64,000 bases of DNA from Octopus sinensis (taxonomy: Eukaryota), in contig NC_042998.1 in assembly GCF_006345805.1 (NCBI RefSeq), positions 197,160,001 to 197,224,000 on the forward strand. The letters are read 5' to 3'. Positions 63,610-64,000 of the stretch are shown here, in pieces. A program made the position numbers and the translations under genes. The stretch's first letter is position 1; every line of letters starts with the position of its first letter. Below the pieces are notes generated by a model. That model was not told the origin of the DNA, made no database searches, and was given only the letters and a program-made list of their open reading frames with translations.

Positions 63610-64000
63610 TGAAGACCTGTTGAAGCAGTGAAAATCAAAATCGTAATCAATCAACATTAATGGAATTTGTAGCTGTGATACCAGTGCCGGTGGCACGTAA
63701 GAGAACCATCTGAACGTGGCCGTAGCCAGCGCTGCCCTGACTGGCCTCCGTACCAGTGGCACGTAAAAAGCACCATCTGATCTTGGCTGTTGCCAGCCTC
63801 GTCTGGTCTCCGTGCCAGTGGCACGTAAAAAGCACCGACCGGTCATGGCCATTTGCCAGCCTCGTCTGGCACCTGTGCCGGTGGCACGTAAAAAGCACCC
63901 ACTACACTCACGGAGTGGCTGGTGTTAGGAAGGGCATTCAGCTATAGAAACACTGCCAGATCATACTAGAGCCTGGTGCAGCCTCCTGGTTTCCCAGACC
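63610..64000 (+). mobile_element. Family D copy, 4 units, runs off the window end
   Basis: Core units at ~63684, 63750, 63813 and 63875, then AGGAAGGGCATTCAGCT... Confidence 0.85.

Overview
Eukaryotic, AT-rich, repeat-dense animal DNA. The SINE families, the (GAT)n-tailed RTE elements and the microsatellite-laden introns match what I recall of octopus/cephalopod genomes; that is an inference and was not searched. One unidentified protein-coding gene runs on the + strand. I can chain eight GT-AG exons in one open frame: 8589-8881, 10970-11089, 14123-14253, 17430-17484, 53146-53187, 56968-57030, 60055-60102 and 63442-63564. They encode a basic/Pro-rich segment followed by Glu/Lys-rich low-complexity repeats. 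Three further paralogous exon copies appear damaged (59115-59186, 60940-61550, ~62020-62068). A ~34.4-kb simple satellite (TATTGT[GT]CTAAA[AA], 18484-52897) fills the single intron 17485-53145. It shows loose higher-order ordering, an ~8.06-kb internal duplication marked by a SINE, and a 26-bp inversion, and its sense strand is nearly free of AG. The other introns are packed with three tRNA-type SINE families, a (GAT)n-tailed element with a variable 63-bp internal array, R4/RLE-, RTE- and CR1/L2-type LINE fragments, piggyBac- and mariner-type MITEs and Helitron-like elements. Best leads: a fold-back that begins at the splice donor at 8882, two degenerate hammerhead-like motifs in a 548-bp tandem duplication, and the duplicated symmetric phase-1 exon modules. 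Almost all ORFs in the supplied track are by-products of repeats. There is no CRISPR array, rRNA gene or true tRNA gene. All alignments and counts were done by eye.
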